Part shown: positions 44,227-54,020 of the stretch, piece by piece
How positions within the stretch are numbered: position 1 is the first letter of the stretch
Layout: each line of letters starts with the position of its first letter
IMG/VR virus record: IMGVR_UViG_3300037424_001001
Location: 1 to 54,996 of that record
Strand: one strand, 5' to 3'
Source of the DNA: a virus
Taxonomy: Duplodnaviria > Caudoviricetes
DNA length: 54,996 nt
Program-made: the position numbers and the translations under genes
Notes under the pieces: generated by a model
Seen by the model: the letters and a program-made list of their open reading frames with translations, nothing else
Told to the model about the DNA's origin: nothing
Databases searched by the model: none

Positions 44227-44968
44227 ACCGGAGTTTTGGACCTCGGAGGAAATCATGGAGATTTCCAGGGATGCCAGACTGTTGTTTATTGGTCTCTGGA
44301 ATTTCTCGGACGACGGAGGAAATCATCCGGCCAGTGAGAAGACGCTGAAGGCGGAAATCTTTCCCGCCGACGAGGATATAAATTCGTCGACCATTCGACG
44401 AATGATCGACGAACTGTCGACGAATGGTCTGATCGTCACCTACGAATCGCCCGAAGGTAAAATGTACTGGCATGTTACCGGATGGAAACACCAGAAGATA
44501 GATAAGCCAAATGTCAAATATCCGACATACATCCCGGGAACGGAAATTCAACCAGTTAGATATGAATTCGACGAGCGTTCGTCGAATGATCGTCGAATGA
44601 TCGTCGACGAGTCGTCGAAAGGTCGACTACCATTCACCCCCGTAAGGGAAGGGAAGGGAAGGGATATAGAAGGGAAAGACCTTAACCTAGGGGGGGAGGA
44701 TGTAATTAACAACGAAGGGCTGCAGCATTTCAAAAAACTCCATCTCGACACCTGCGGACTTGCAACCGTCCCCCCCCTCAAAATCATTCAGGCGATTCTG
44801 GACAAAGGCACAGACCCGCAGCGGATCGAGGATGTCTACCAACTCTGCGGCGGAGATCATCAGCGATATCGACAACGAAACATTACCGAACGGCTGCAGT
44901 CCTTGAGGGACGAGGTGTTCATTGACCTGGATATCAGCGAATTCACACCGGAGTGGGTGCCAACATGA
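44204..44968 (+). CDS. Phage replication initiator
   Basis: MARIRTIKPEFW...ARLLFIGLW...DD.G...W.HQKI.KP. Confidence 0.8.
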   Translation: MARIRTIKPEFWTSEEIMEISRDARLLFIGLWNFSDDGGNHPASEKTLKAEIFPADEDINSSTIRRMIDELSTNGLIVTYESPEGKMYWHVTGWKHQKIDKPNVKYPTYIPGTEIQPVRYEFDERSSNDRRMIVDESSKGRLPFTPVREGKGRDIEGKDLNLGGEDVINNEGLQHFKKLHLDTCGLATVPPLKIIQAILDKGTDPQRIEDVYQLCGGDHQRYRQRNITERLQSLRDEVFIDLDISEFTPEWVPT

Positions 44969-45474
44969 AAAGAGAAGAGTTCGACCATTACCTCGGAGTT
45001 ATCCACAAATATTACGGGAAAGCCTACCCTCATGAGGCCATAGCCCGGGCCTGGCCAAACATCAAGGAGGAGGAAGGCAAGGCGTTGATGCTGGCCTGTG
45101 ACCGGATCATCCTCGAGAACTCCCTGCACATGCCGCCGATCCAACGGTTCATCGACCTGGTGAAGCAGGAAGGCGCGAAGATCAGCAAGGCTGTGATCCT
45201 CGAACGGGAAGACCAGACCGCCCAGGAGAAACGGGAAATGGCAGAGGCGCAACGCAAGGCGTTCAGTCAAGATTCCGGACTCGGGAAAATGTCCATGCTG
45301 CTGATCTTGCCGCTGCTGTCTGGCAAAATAACCCGCAAGACCTTTCTGGAGGGGCTTCGACACCTCGACACTAAATTTCCCCGGGCTGGGTTTGCAACGG
45401 AAGGCTCGAAGATGCAGCTTTATTACGAGAAGCAGGGATTGAGCCTGGACAAATGCCCCGGCGGCGGGGCGTGA
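44965..45474 (+). CDS. Hypothetical protein (possible helicase loader)
   Basis: ATGA-coupled to the initiator. Confidence 0.55.
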   Translation: MKREEFDHYLGVIHKYYGKAYPHEAIARAWPNIKEEEGKALMLACDRIILENSLHMPPIQRFIDLVKQEGAKISKAVILEREDQTAQEKREMAEAQRKAFSQDSGLGKMSMLLILPLLSGKITRKTFLEGLRHLDTKFPRAGFATEGSKMQLYYEKQGLSLDKCPGGGA

Positions 45475-45475
45475 T

Positions 45476-46414
45476 ATGACGAAGGTAGGGGCTTACTACA
45501 ACGAAATCGACCCACAGGCGGCCGCCTGGCTGCGGGAGTTGATCCGCTGCGGGCTGATCGCCGACGGCGAGGTGGACGAGAGGAGCATCGAGGATGTCGT
45601 ACCAACTGAGCTTGTGGGATTCACCCAGTGCCATTTCTTCGCCGGAATCGGAGGTTGGTCCCTTGCCCTGCGACGTGCTGGCTGGGAGGACTCCCGCCCC
45701 GTCTGGACTGGTTCCTGCCCCTGCCAACCTTTCAGCGCGGCAGGCAAGGGAGGCGGGTTTGCTGACGAGCGGCACCTATGGCCCGCTTTCTATCACCTTA
45801 TCGAGCAGCACCGCCCTGCAGTCGTCTTTGGAGAGCAGGTTGCGGCAAAGGCTGTCGAGCCGTGGATCGACCTTGTACAAGCTGACATGGAAGCCCTGGG
45901 TTATGCCTTCGGGTGTGTTGCGTTCCCGTCTGCGGGGGTCGGTGCTCCGCACATCCGAGACCGAGCGTACTGGGTGGCCGACGCCGAAGGCTTCCGAGGC
46001 GGGTCCGGACTACGCGATAGCCGACCGGCCGACCAGCGGCGGGATATCTCTGCCGACGGCGGCGGCGTTGTCGGGATGGCCGACGCCGATGGCGGGGACC
46101 CCCGCGCAGAAAGGGTACAACGAAGCGGGGAATACGGATGCGCCTCGAAAGACAGTGGCGCTCTGCGGGGCGCAGATAAAGGGTCACGGTTTGGCGCTGG
46201 ACCCCGAATGGAGCGGCCCGGCCCGACTCTTAGCATCTGGCGAGATGCTGACTGGCTCTTCTGCCGGGATGGAAAGTGGAGGCCAGTTGAGTCCGGCACA
46301 TTCCCGCTGGCTCATGGGATACCCGCCCGAGTGGGACGCCTGCGCGGCTACGGCAATGCCATCAACGTTGAAGCGGCGAGAGTCTTCATCGAAGCCTACC
46401 AAATGGGTTGTTAA
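45476..46414 (+). CDS. C5 cytosine DNA methyltransferase, alpha-like chain
   Basis: FFAGIGG (I), GSCPCQPFS (IV), EQV (VI), PHIRDR (VIII) and GYGNAI (X). Confidence 0.9.
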   Translation: MTKVGAYYNEIDPQAAAWLRELIRCGLIADGEVDERSIEDVVPTELVGFTQCHFFAGIGGWSLALRRAGWEDSRPVWTGSCPCQPFSAAGKGGGFADERHLWPAFYHLIEQHRPAVVFGEQVAAKAVEPWIDLVQADMEALGYAFGCVAFPSAGVGAPHIRDRAYWVADAEGFRGGSGLRDSRPADQRRDISADGGGVVGMADADGGDPRAERVQRSGEYGCASKDSGALRGADKGSRFGAGPRMERPGPTLSIWRDADWLFCRDGKWRPVESGTFPLAHGIPARVGRLRGYGNAINVEAARVFIEAYQMGC

Positions 46415-46418
46415 GTGA
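45594..46418 (+). CDS. Alternative-frame MTase partner chain (WPTP repeats, motif IX-like)
   Basis: 274-aa open +1 frame with SD; two GWPTP repeats; [18 protein letters not shown]. Confidence 0.65.
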   Translation: MSYQLSLWDSPSAISSPESEVGPLPCDVLAGRTPAPSGLVPAPANLSARQAREAGLLTSGTYGPLSITLSSSTALQSSLESRLRQRLSSRGSTLYKLTWKPWVMPSGVLRSRLRGSVLRTSETERTGWPTPKASEAGPDYAIADRPTSGGISLPTAAALSGWPTPMAGTPAQKGYNEAGNTDAPRKTVALCGAQIKGHGLALDPEWSGPARLLASGEMLTGSSAGMESGGQLSPAHSRWLMGYPPEWDACAATAMPSTLKRRESSSKPTKWVVK

Positions 46419-46666
46419 TGAAAACAAAAAGCATCCCGACCAATAATCTCGGCCAGAACATGGCCCGAATTCGCAAGGAAGAGCGGTTGTCCACCGACGG
46501 CATGGCCTACCTTTGCGGGGTGTCGCGGATGACCATCTACAACATCGAGGCAGGCATCAAGGGGACGACGGTCCCCCTGCTTCTTAAAATCTGCACCATC
46601 CTGGAGAGGTCCCCAAACGAGCTTTTGGGATGGCCGGAAACGCCGACAGTCGACGCCCAAATTTGA
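46415..46666 (+). CDS. XRE-family HTH regulator
   Basis: IRKE..LS...MA...GVSR.TI..IE.G. Confidence 0.85.
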   Translation: MMKTKSIPTNNLGQNMARIRKEERLSTDGMAYLCGVSRMTIYNIEAGIKGTTVPLLLKICTILERSPNELLGWPETPTVDAQI

Positions 46667-46852
46667 CCTGTACGGTTTTACCCACACCATCCCCTGTCTG
46701 TCGGGGTGATCGTGGTGCTTGTATGTCATTCTGTTCCAATGGCGCATGTTTTAAGTCGACATCATCACCGCTATTCGAGGGCAATTAACCACAATACCAA
46801 CCCGGGGAGGTTTTTTAAGCCAGCCGGGGAATGAAAAACGAAAGGGGAAATT

Positions 46853-47128
46853 ATGGTTCAAGTCGGACTGTCGTACGGTTTGACCTCGGCGGAGACCAAG
46901 GAGCTTGAGGGGATACTAGAGGAGGTTATCAAGGAGTTACTGCGCGGAGACGCCAAATATGGGCCTCACCCGGGGCCGATGCGGGCGTTCGGCGCACTGC
47001 GCAACGAATTCAACGAACTGCAAACGGAACTCGAGGCCGAGAACGGAACGCCGAAGTCCATCCGGGCCGAAGCCCGGCAGGTGGTGGCCATGGGGATTAA
47101 GGGGATGCGCGATGCCTGGAAAGGGTAA
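46853..47128 (+). CDS. MazG-like nucleotide pyrophosphohydrolase
   Basis: L.NEF.EL..E...R.EA.QV.AM. Confidence 0.55.
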   Translation: MVQVGLSYGLTSAETKELEGILEEVIKELLRGDAKYGPHPGPMRAFGALRNEFNELQTELEAENGTPKSIRAEARQVVAMGIKGMRDAWKG

Positions 47129-47402
47129 AAAGCCGACTGTATTGGCGATCAAGAGGACGGATAAATCGCGGGACTGTCGTGACTGGACAGTGGTCGAGGC
47201 TTTAAAGGAAACCATCCGGAGCATCGAGGACGGAGAGACGGAGGCTCCGGAAATGGTCTACGTCGCACTTCGGTGCAAGGACGCCGAGAATCAAAACCTC
47301 GTCTATTACCGGTGGTTTACCGCTGGTGCGACAAACATGGAACTGTCGGGTTTACTCACCCAACATCTTCACCGGCTCTGTATGCCGGCCAGGGAGGAAT
47401 GA
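47112..47402 (+). CDS. Hypothetical protein (paralog A)
   Basis: Start re-called (MPGKGKK). Confidence 0.6.
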   Translation: MPGKGKKPTVLAIKRTDKSRDCRDWTVVEALKETIRSIEDGETEAPEMVYVALRCKDAENQNLVYYRWFTAGATNMELSGLLTQHLHRLCMPAREE

Positions 47403-47704
47403 TGGACCACGAAAAGTTCAAGTATGGGGGGAAAATGGGGGTCAACGCTCCTCCTATCAACCTGGCCGAGCGCAAGCAGGATGCCCGCCTGTGGTCCCCG
47501 CTGGACATGCTGCGGTCGGTCACCGGGGAAATGCAGAACACCGGGACCTACCAGGGGCAGAAGATCACGAAGGCCGTGGTGATCCTCTACTCGGAGGGAA
47601 AAAATAGAAATGTTGCCGTAATCCAGTCGGGATGTTCGATGCTTGAACTGCAGGGGTTGTTCCGGTTTGCCGAACAGACCGTGGATGGAGCAATAAAGGG
47701 ATAG
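47399..47704 (+). CDS. Hypothetical protein (paralog B)
   Basis: Start re-called (MMDHEK); SD GGAGG. Confidence 0.6.
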   Translation: MMDHEKFKYGGKMGVNAPPINLAERKQDARLWSPLDMLRSVTGEMQNTGTYQGQKITKAVVILYSEGKNRNVAVIQSGCSMLELQGLFRFAEQTVDGAIKG

Positions 47705-47716
47705 TCTTTTCTACTC

Positions 47717-47742
47717 GCCCGGGCCCTTCGGCCCGGGCTTTC
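47717..47742 (+). terminator. GC hairpin between convergent operons
   Basis: GCCCGGGCC-CTTC-GGCCCGGGC-TTT. Confidence 0.6.
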
Positions 47743-47816
47743 GGTTGCGCCAACCCCTTCCAAGATCTAATCGCAACACCCTTCCTCGGTTCAGGGCTTA
47801 CCGTTTTGAAAATCGG

Positions 47817-48275
47817 TCAAAAACTTCCCTTCGTGCATTGCAGCCGCTTGATCTCGTTGAAGGCCAAGATCACACCCTGTTTCTCGGCTGAGGACCCCCC
47901 GGGGTAGCTCTGCAGCATGTCCCCGACGGACCGCAGGGCATCGTCAAGCGTCGCCCCTTCCTGCTCATACTTCGGGCAGATGAAAACCCCGACGATCCGC
48001 TGCCAGATGGTCCGGCCGGAGAAGTAATTGATCTGGCGGTAGAGCGTCCGGAGTTGTTGCGTCGACTGCTCGAGGGCTTTATTCTGCGCCAACTGGATCT
48101 GCCGCATTTTCAGGCCCGTCTCGGCGGCCAGTCGGGGAGTATTGGGGATTGTGGTCATGCCCAGGCCGCTGCAGAGATTGACCAGGCACTCCCAGGAGGT
48201 GATCAGCTTCATGGTTTTGCCGGCGGGCGGTGCAGGACGGAGCGGGTTGACGGTGTTCTCGGCTGTTTTTTTCAT
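47817..48275 (-). CDS. Hypothetical protein (152 aa)
   Basis: SD AAGGAG. Confidence 0.6.
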   Translation of the reverse strand: MKKTAENTVNPLRPAPPAGKTMKLITSWECLVNLCSGLGMTTIPNTPRLAAETGLKMRQIQLAQNKALEQSTQQLRTLYRQINYFSGRTIWQRIVGVFICPKYEQEGATLDDALRSVGDMLQSYPGGSSAEKQGVILAFNEIKRLQCTKGSF

Positions 48276-48310
48276 GGAAGTCTCCTTGTTGGATTGTCAC
48301 GTTTCCCGAA

Positions 48311-48619
48311 CTACTGTTTGCGCCACCCTCTCGATATCACCTCAACCTCACCGCAGAGTTTGCATCGACGGAGAGCCGACAGTTCTTCCTTCTTGAATTG
48401 TGCGATGGAAAGATCTTCCTCTATCCACCAGTGCCCATACTGGCGACAAATCGCCCCGGACTTGGCCAGGGGTTCGACCCGATTGTCCCAGTCGGTGCAA
48501 AAGCCGGACACCAGTTCCTGCACTATCACCCTATCACTGCCGGAGAGGGCCGACGCCGACAAAGGTAGCGCCAAAGATAAGATCAACATGACCGCGAATG
48601 CCAAGCGAAACCTTTTCAT
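48311..48619 (-). CDS. Hypothetical secreted protein
   Basis: Signal peptide MKRFRLAFAVMLILSLALPLSASA; SD GGAGG. Confidence 0.6.
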   Translation of the reverse strand: MKRFRLAFAVMLILSLALPLSASALSGSDRVIVQELVSGFCTDWDNRVEPLAKSGAICRQYGHWWIEEDLSIAQFKKEELSALRRCKLCGEVEVISRGWRKQ

Positions 48620-48686
48620 GATGCCTCCCGTTAAATTTGCGATGCCAGATAAAGAATCACGGCGATAAAATAGACCGTCCAGCCGT

Positions 48687-49001
48687 TCATTGGGACTCCT
48701 TGAAGACCAGCTTCCGCATGTCCTCGAGGTGATACTTCACCGACGCCAGTTGTCCGGCGCTCCCTTCCCCTTCGCTCGGGCGGTAGCCGCAGCGCCAGAG
48801 GTTGTCCATAAACTCCTGCGCAGCGAGAGGGTCGAGGGTGAAGGTCGGAACGAAGAACTCGCCCTCGGGAAGCTCCTTGAACAATAAGGGTTCGGCCATA
48901 CTGAACCGGCCATTGAGAGAGGAGACGCCGCCGATGACGACCTGGACGCTCTTGCTCCAGGGCTCCAACTGCATGTGGACCTTCATGCCGGGCTTGTTCA
49001 T
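48687..49001 (-). CDS. Hypothetical phage protein (104 aa)
   Basis: AQ.FMD.LW.CG.RPSEG...HLEDMR; start re-called. Confidence 0.65.
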   Translation of the reverse strand: MNKPGMKVHMQLEPWSKSVQVVIGGVSSLNGRFSMAEPLLFKELPEGEFFVPTFTLDPLAAQEFMDNLWRCGYRPSEGEGSAGQLASVKYHLEDMRKLVFKESQ

Positions 49002-49189
49002 GCCACCACCATCCTTTCCAGTTTCCGCAGGCGCATCCTGAACGACCGGGCCTCGCTGGCCCGCACCCTCGCCAATGCCTCCGACTGCAGCCGTCGCTGA
49101 TTCATTGCCGCAAGTTGCACGGACACCTGCTCGACCTCGGCGCGGACCGCCGCCAACTCCTTCCTCCTGATAAGCGCAAAGCCAAACAT
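48998..49189 (-). CDS. Small coiled-coil protein (63 aa)
   Basis: Coupled to the terL stop. Confidence 0.55.
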   Translation of the reverse strand: MFGFALIRRKELAAVRAEVEQVSVQLAAMNQRRLQSEALARVRASEARSFRMRLRKLERMVVA

Positions 49190-51321
49190 TAGATCCTCCC
49201 TCCCCACCCGACGCCGGGCGGAACGACGTGCTGCACGGTGGCGACCGATCGCGCCGCCGGCAACTGTTGACGAACAAACCCGGCCATGGCCCGAGTCAAT
49301 GCCCGCTCTGAAGTAAATCCGAGGTCGATAAACGTGCCGCCCTCGTCGTCCTTCCTGAATCCGATTAGTTCCCGGAGCGTGTCGGCGTCCTTGATGCCGT
49401 GGCCACCGGCTCTGACCTCTGTTGCAAGCTGCCCTATCAGGGCATCGATGTTCCGCAGGGCCGCAAAGCCGTACATTCTTGTCGACCCGGGGCGGCCGGT
49501 GCGCGCCTCGGTCGGGATCTCGGCATAGACCCGCTTGTACCGCTTAAGGACGTGAGCAATCAGCGTTTCCCCTTCCTTCTCCCGGTGGATCACCGCCCAG
49601 GCGCCGTTATACCGCAGGCCGATCCAGCCAATGACCTCGGCGAACTGCTCCAAGGGGATATTCTTCTGTGACCAAAGAGCAACCTGGCGCCCGGTCTGCC
49701 GCTCGATCACGGTAATGGTGCTGGCTCCAATGGGGTTTTGCTGCCCCATGATGCCCATAACGTAGGTGCCGCCGGGCCCCGGCTCTTCCCATGACAGAAG
49801 CTCTCCGGCTTCTTGGTTGAGAATAACGTGGCCGGCCGCCATGCTGTATCGGGTCAGCGGTGTCGGGCAAGATGCAATGATCGCCTCTGAAACGTCCATG
49901 GAATCGTCTCCTCGTTTGGTCTGCACCCTGTAGCGGGCTTCATCGTAGGGATGATCTTCGGATGCGGTATCAACGTCGTCAATCTTCCGTAGGTCTCGGG
50001 GTAAGACCGGGATTGTGCGGATAGCGTGAGTGCAATGGTCGAAGAAGAACATTCCGGGGTTCTCCATCGGCAGGCCCTCAAGCAGCGTCAGCCCGGCAGC
50101 AAGGTAGCCGCGGAAGATCTCCAGGCCGTTGATTCTCGACCCAGGGCCCTTGTCGCAGGAGTAGAAGAGCGGGATGCCGACGGCCTCGTTCATCTTTTGG
50201 GCAATCGTCTTGCCATCGATCACCGCGAAAATCTGCGAGTCTGCAGGCCCGGGGCGCACTCTGCCGGTCCAACCAAACTCTTTTTCACGCGATACGATGC
50301 CCTTAGCGATGTCTTCGGAGATCATTTTGCAGCCCTGATTGGCCTTTCCGTTCCATCCGTACCACTCCTGTATACGGAAAAGCGTCCCTTTCGGCCATTG
50401 TCGGCCATCCGGGAGCGCGTTGCCGTCGCTCTCAGCCCACCAGCCGACACTGAAGGGGTGAGAGGACCCCCAGTCGAAGGTACGATCGATGCGCCAGTCG
50501 GGCGGAATCTTGAACGGCATAAGGACGTGGGTGTCGTGATCCCACACATCGTCCACCGCTCCGCCGGCTACGATATCCCAGTCACCGTCACGCATGGCCT
50601 TGACCAGGGCTGGAGTGCCGAGGCCCTGGAGTCGGGTTTCGTAGTCGGGATCTCCTTCGAGGAGCTTTTGATTGTCGTCGAGCCTGGCAGGAATATACTG
50701 CCGCAGGAATCCCCCCTCCTCCTTTGGTGTGCGCCAGAGTTCCCCAAAAGGAGCCGCAGAGACAAACGTCCCCTTGACCCAAGTATGCCCGACGTTTCCC
50801 GGGTTCGACCCGCACAGTATCCGGGGGAACTGGCCGGCGAACTGTTGCGGGACTGTGACGCCGACCATACGGACGCGACCTCTCAGGTAACGATAGACGG
50901 ACTCCAAAAACAGGGTGAGCTCGTCGATCAGCAGAACGTGGATCTCGGCGCCGTGATAGTTATAAACGTCTTTTTCGTGCTGGCAGTGGCAAAGGTGAAC
51001 CGCCGACCCGTTGGCAAAAGCGATCCGCGGATCGGTCCCGGACATGACCAGGCGGACCCTCTTCTTCCGCACCAGGGGAGCAAGAAGGTTCGGAAAGCTG
51101 GTCGGGCCCTCGAAGTGGTTCTTGATTAAGTCGGGCATCTTCCGGCGGAACAGGTAGATTTGCAACCCGGGGATGCCGAGGCACCAGATAATCGCGGCCA
51201 CGCGCATGAGGTGGCTTTTACCTCCGCCTGCCGCACCCCCGTACAAAAGCTCTGTCGCCGGGGTTAAAAACGCCTCGGCCTGTTTCGGCTGCAGTTCCAT
51301 GAGAAGATCGACTTTTGCCAT
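49189..51321 (-). CDS. terL: Terminase large subunit with C-terminal extension
   Basis: GGAAGGGKS Walker A, LLIDEL Walker B, SNPG, FDWG and DH.YD; start re-called to MAKVDLL. Confidence 0.92.
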   Translation of the reverse strand: MAKVDLLMELQPKQAEAFLTPATELLYGGAAGGGKSHLMRVAAIIWCLGIPGLQIYLFRRKMPDLIKNHFEGPTSFPNLLAPLVRKKRVRLVMSGTDPRIAFANGSAVHLCHCQHEKDVYNYHGAEIHVLLIDELTLFLESVYRYLRGRVRMVGVTVPQQFAGQFPRILCGSNPGNVGHTWVKGTFVSAAPFGELWRTPKEEGGFLRQYIPARLDDNQKLLEGDPDYETRLQGLGTPALVKAMRDGDWDIVAGGAVDDVWDHDTHVLMPFKIPPDWRIDRTFDWGSSHPFSVGWWAESDGNALPDGRQWPKGTLFRIQEWYGWNGKANQGCKMISEDIAKGIVSREKEFGWTGRVRPGPADSQIFAVIDGKTIAQKMNEAVGIPLFYSCDKGPGSRINGLEIFRGYLAAGLTLLEGLPMENPGMFFFDHCTHAIRTIPVLPRDLRKIDDVDTASEDHPYDEARYRVQTKRGDDSMDVSEAIIASCPTPLTRYSMAAGHVILNQEAGELLSWEEPGPGGTYVMGIMGQQNPIGASTITVIERQTGRQVALWSQKNIPLEQFAEVIGWIGLRYNGAWAVIHREKEGETLIAHVLKRYKRVYAEIPTEARTGRPGSTRMYGFAALRNIDALIGQLATEVRAGGHGIKDADTLRELIGFRKDDEGGTFIDLGFTSERALTRAMAGFVRQQLPAARSVATVQHVVPPGVGWGGRI

Positions 51322-51962
51322 TACGCCTTCGCGTCCTTGAGCGAGAATACCTTGTTGCCAGCGTTCACTTGGATCTTGGCGCCGTCGCACCCCTGCAGCA
51401 TCAGAACCACCTTAGCGTCTCCATCGTCCTCTTCATCGGCCTTCCAGGTTCCAAGATGACGCCCAAGCAATTCGAGGTTGGCCTTCTTGTCGCTCATCTT
51501 GATCTTGATCCGGCGGATGTTCCGGGCGGCAGCTCCCTTGCCTTCGACGATCTCGTCAACCTGAATTTCCGTCAGAGCCGCAAGTTGCTCCTTGCTGGCC
51601 TTGCTCAGGTCAACATAGGCGCTGCCGTCGGGTTGAATCACCATGAAGTCGGCGATATTGGCAAACGCCATTTTGGCGAGTTCTTCAAGTACCATATCTG
51701 ACGTTATGTTGGTCCGCTTCGACCGTTCTCCCATCGCCTTAGCGATTTCGGCTTTAACCCTGTCATGGCCTGTCAGTCTTATTCCTTGTCTTTCTGCGGA
51801 CTTCTCGCTGTATCCCGAACGAATCGCAGCCCTAGTGGCGTTCAGATCGATCAGATATTCCTGAACGAAGAGGGCTTGCCTTGGGGTAAGGTCTGCCCCC
51901 GATGTTCTTAATTCGGACATTTCGGGCAATTTTTCGGACACTGGCCGGACATTCTCAGACAT
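51321..51962 (-). CDS. terS: Terminase small subunit
   Basis: LTPRQALFVQEYLIDLNATRAAIRSGYS...LELLGRHLG. Confidence 0.92.
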   Translation of the reverse strand: MSENVRPVSEKLPEMSELRTSGADLTPRQALFVQEYLIDLNATRAAIRSGYSEKSAERQGIRLTGHDRVKAEIAKAMGERSKRTNITSDMVLEELAKMAFANIADFMVIQPDGSAYVDLSKASKEQLAALTEIQVDEIVEGKGAAARNIRRIKIKMSDKKANLELLGRHLGTWKADEEDDGDAKVVLMLQGCDGAKIQVNAGNKVFSLKDAKA

Positions 51963-52116
51963 TCACCCTCCTTTTTGTCACAAATCACCAGTAAACCGTA
52001 CAGGTCCCGGACATTTATCGCACCGTTAAAATGTAAAATATCGGTTGATTATCGTAACTGTTGTGATATTGTTACACATCGTTTAATTTCCCATTACAGG
52101 CAAACAAGGAGGAGAC

Positions 52117-52263
52117 ATGATGTATCGACTGGCAGAGAAGAAGACCGTTCAGGACACACTCGACAATATTGTCGATTGGGAGACAAGACAGGCGTTGGCC
52201 GAGATTGATGGACGGGCAGGGGAAAGGGTCCTCCGTGCTGCCGTGACTGGTATTGACGCATGA
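52117..52263 (+). CDS. Small hypothetical protein (48 aa)
   Basis: SD AAGGAGGAG; first gene after an AT-rich promoter region (TTGATT...TATTGT). Confidence 0.55.
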   Translation: MMYRLAEKKTVQDTLDNIVDWETRQALAEIDGRAGERVLRAAVTGIDA

Positions 52264-52424
52264 AGAGGGGGGAATTCGGTCGGGATCGTAAGTGGCAGGC
52301 AAAGACACCCGAAACCCTTGCCCAGGAGTTTGAGATCTACCTTGCGTATGCCGACGATGGCAACGGGGTGGATATCACGACAGGCGGACCCATGGCCACG
52401 TTTGACGAGTGGCTGGCAAGGTAA
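52260..52424 (+). CDS. Small hypothetical phage protein (54 aa)
   Basis: ATGA-coupled; ADDG.G.D.TTG.P..TFDEWL. Confidence 0.6.
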   Translation: MKRGEFGRDRKWQAKTPETLAQEFEIYLAYADDGNGVDITTGGPMATFDEWLAR

Positions 52425-52443
52425 CCCACAAAGGAGAAGCAGG

Positions 52444-53459
52444 ATGACGAAGGAAGAGAGAAGAAGCCGCGGTCTGTACTGGGACCGGGCCTGGAAGCTG
52501 GTCGAGGGTTGCACCAAGGTGTCCGCCGGCTGTGACAATTGTTGGAGTGAGTCGGAGACGGCCATGCGCTCGAATCATCCGAACGGAAAGATTCGACTCC
52601 GGGCAAGGGACGTTGTTGTTGAAACCAGTGTCACTGGATCACTCAGGGAGGGGACTGCAACGGGGCATGAGTGCCTTACCGGCTTCAACGGGCGGATTGT
52701 CTTGCGTGATGATAACCTGTCCCTCCCGCTGCGCACGAAGAAGCCGACCGTGTTTTCGATCTGGAACGATCTCTATCATGAGGACGTGCCTGACTCCTTT
52801 CGCGACCGCGCTTATGCCGTGATGGCGCTGTGCCCGCAGCATACGTTCCTAGTGCTGACCAAACGGGCGGAGCGGATGGCGGAGTATTTTGCTGACCAGA
52901 CACCAAGGGCAGCATGGCGCATTCAGGAAGCTGGAAAACGAATGCTGGACGCGCAATATTTCGGTTTTGAATATCCAATCCCGAACGCATGGCACGGTGT
53001 CACCGTTGAGGATCAACAGCGGGCCGACGAGCGCATTCCCTACCTCCTGGCAGTCCTCGGGAAACGGTTCCTCTCCATCGAACCAATGCTCGGGCATATC
53101 GATCTCTCGGGTTATCTCGGAGGTGCTTACTACTCGGCCAATACCGGGGCGGGCGAACCGAACTACAATTTCGGGATTGACGCGGTTCTCCTCGGCGGAG
53201 AGTCGGGTCCCCATGCCCGCCCGATGAACCCGACCTGGGCGCGATCAGTGCGGGACCAGTGTGCCATTGCTGGTGTCCATTTTGTTTTAAACAAAATGGA
53301 GAGTGGGTATCCGTAAGCGAAGTTGCTGGCGCTGGCAATCATTTCCACTTTCCGACCGGAGAGACCGTTCGCCGGGTCGGCAAGAAAAAAGCCGGGCGCA
53401 CTCTTGACGGCCGGACGCATGACGATCTCCCCTGGGACGAAAAGGAGGCTGCACAGTGA
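52444..53459 (+). CDS. Gp37/Gp68 (DUF5131) family protein, frameshifted near the C-terminus
   Basis: GCTKVSAGCDNC, DLYH, LTKR, SIEP.L and GGESG motifs. The conserved FKQ.G...AGR.LDGR tail lies in the -1 frame after ~53277. Confidence 0.8.
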
Positions 53460-53866
53460 ACAAACTCACGCTTTACAACACATTGGACTTGCTTGAAGTC
53501 CTGCAAGGCGTCATCAGTCCGGCGCTCTACGCTGGCATGGAAGACGCAGGAATCACCGAACAGGAAATCATCATCGAGATCCGGGACCTTCACCTTGGCA
53601 GCCGGCAAGGGCTGGACGCGGCTCCGGCTGATCCGCCGACGTGGAGGGCTGTCACGGTCGAGCACTACGGCCTGCGGGTGCTGTCCCGGATTATCGGAGC
53701 GATGTCCACCAAGGGGGGCAAGAGTATCAACCTGGCGGTGCCCCTGGGCCAGAACGGCGACATGCGGCGAATCATCGAGGCCGTTGACAAGGCGATCTCA
53801 AATCTTGACCTGACCGATCAAGTCTTTGCTGCCCATCGGGCGAAGGAGCAAGATGATGTTGGTTGA
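53456..53866 (+). CDS. Hypothetical protein (136 aa)
   Basis: GTGA-coupled; SD AAGGAGG. Confidence 0.6.
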   Translation: MNKLTLYNTLDLLEVLQGVISPALYAGMEDAGITEQEIIIEIRDLHLGSRQGLDAAPADPPTWRAVTVEHYGLRVLSRIIGAMSTKGGKSINLAVPLGQNGDMRRIIEAVDKAISNLDLTDQVFAAHRAKEQDDVG

Positions 53867-54020
53867 CTTCCATTGCACCGATTCCAAATGCCACTTCAGT
53901 TTCAAGAGAGTCCATCCCGACAACGCCATGGAGCCTTACCCTGCCTGCCCCAAGTGTGACAGGGTTCATACAGTGATCAGAATGGATGAGGAGTGTTGCG
54001 CGACATGTCAGGACGAATGA
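53853..54020 (+). CDS. Zinc-ribbon small protein
   Basis: DFHC...C...CPKC; SD AAGGAG. Confidence 0.55.
   Translation: MMLVDFHCTDSKCHFSFKRVHPDNAMEPYPACPKCDRVHTVIRMDEECCATCQDE

Noticed and set aside
52054-52075. GTAAC...GTTAC as a second copy of the 9674 operator or a LexA box
   Set aside because: The spacing differs and it does not match a LexA consensus I can name with confidence.
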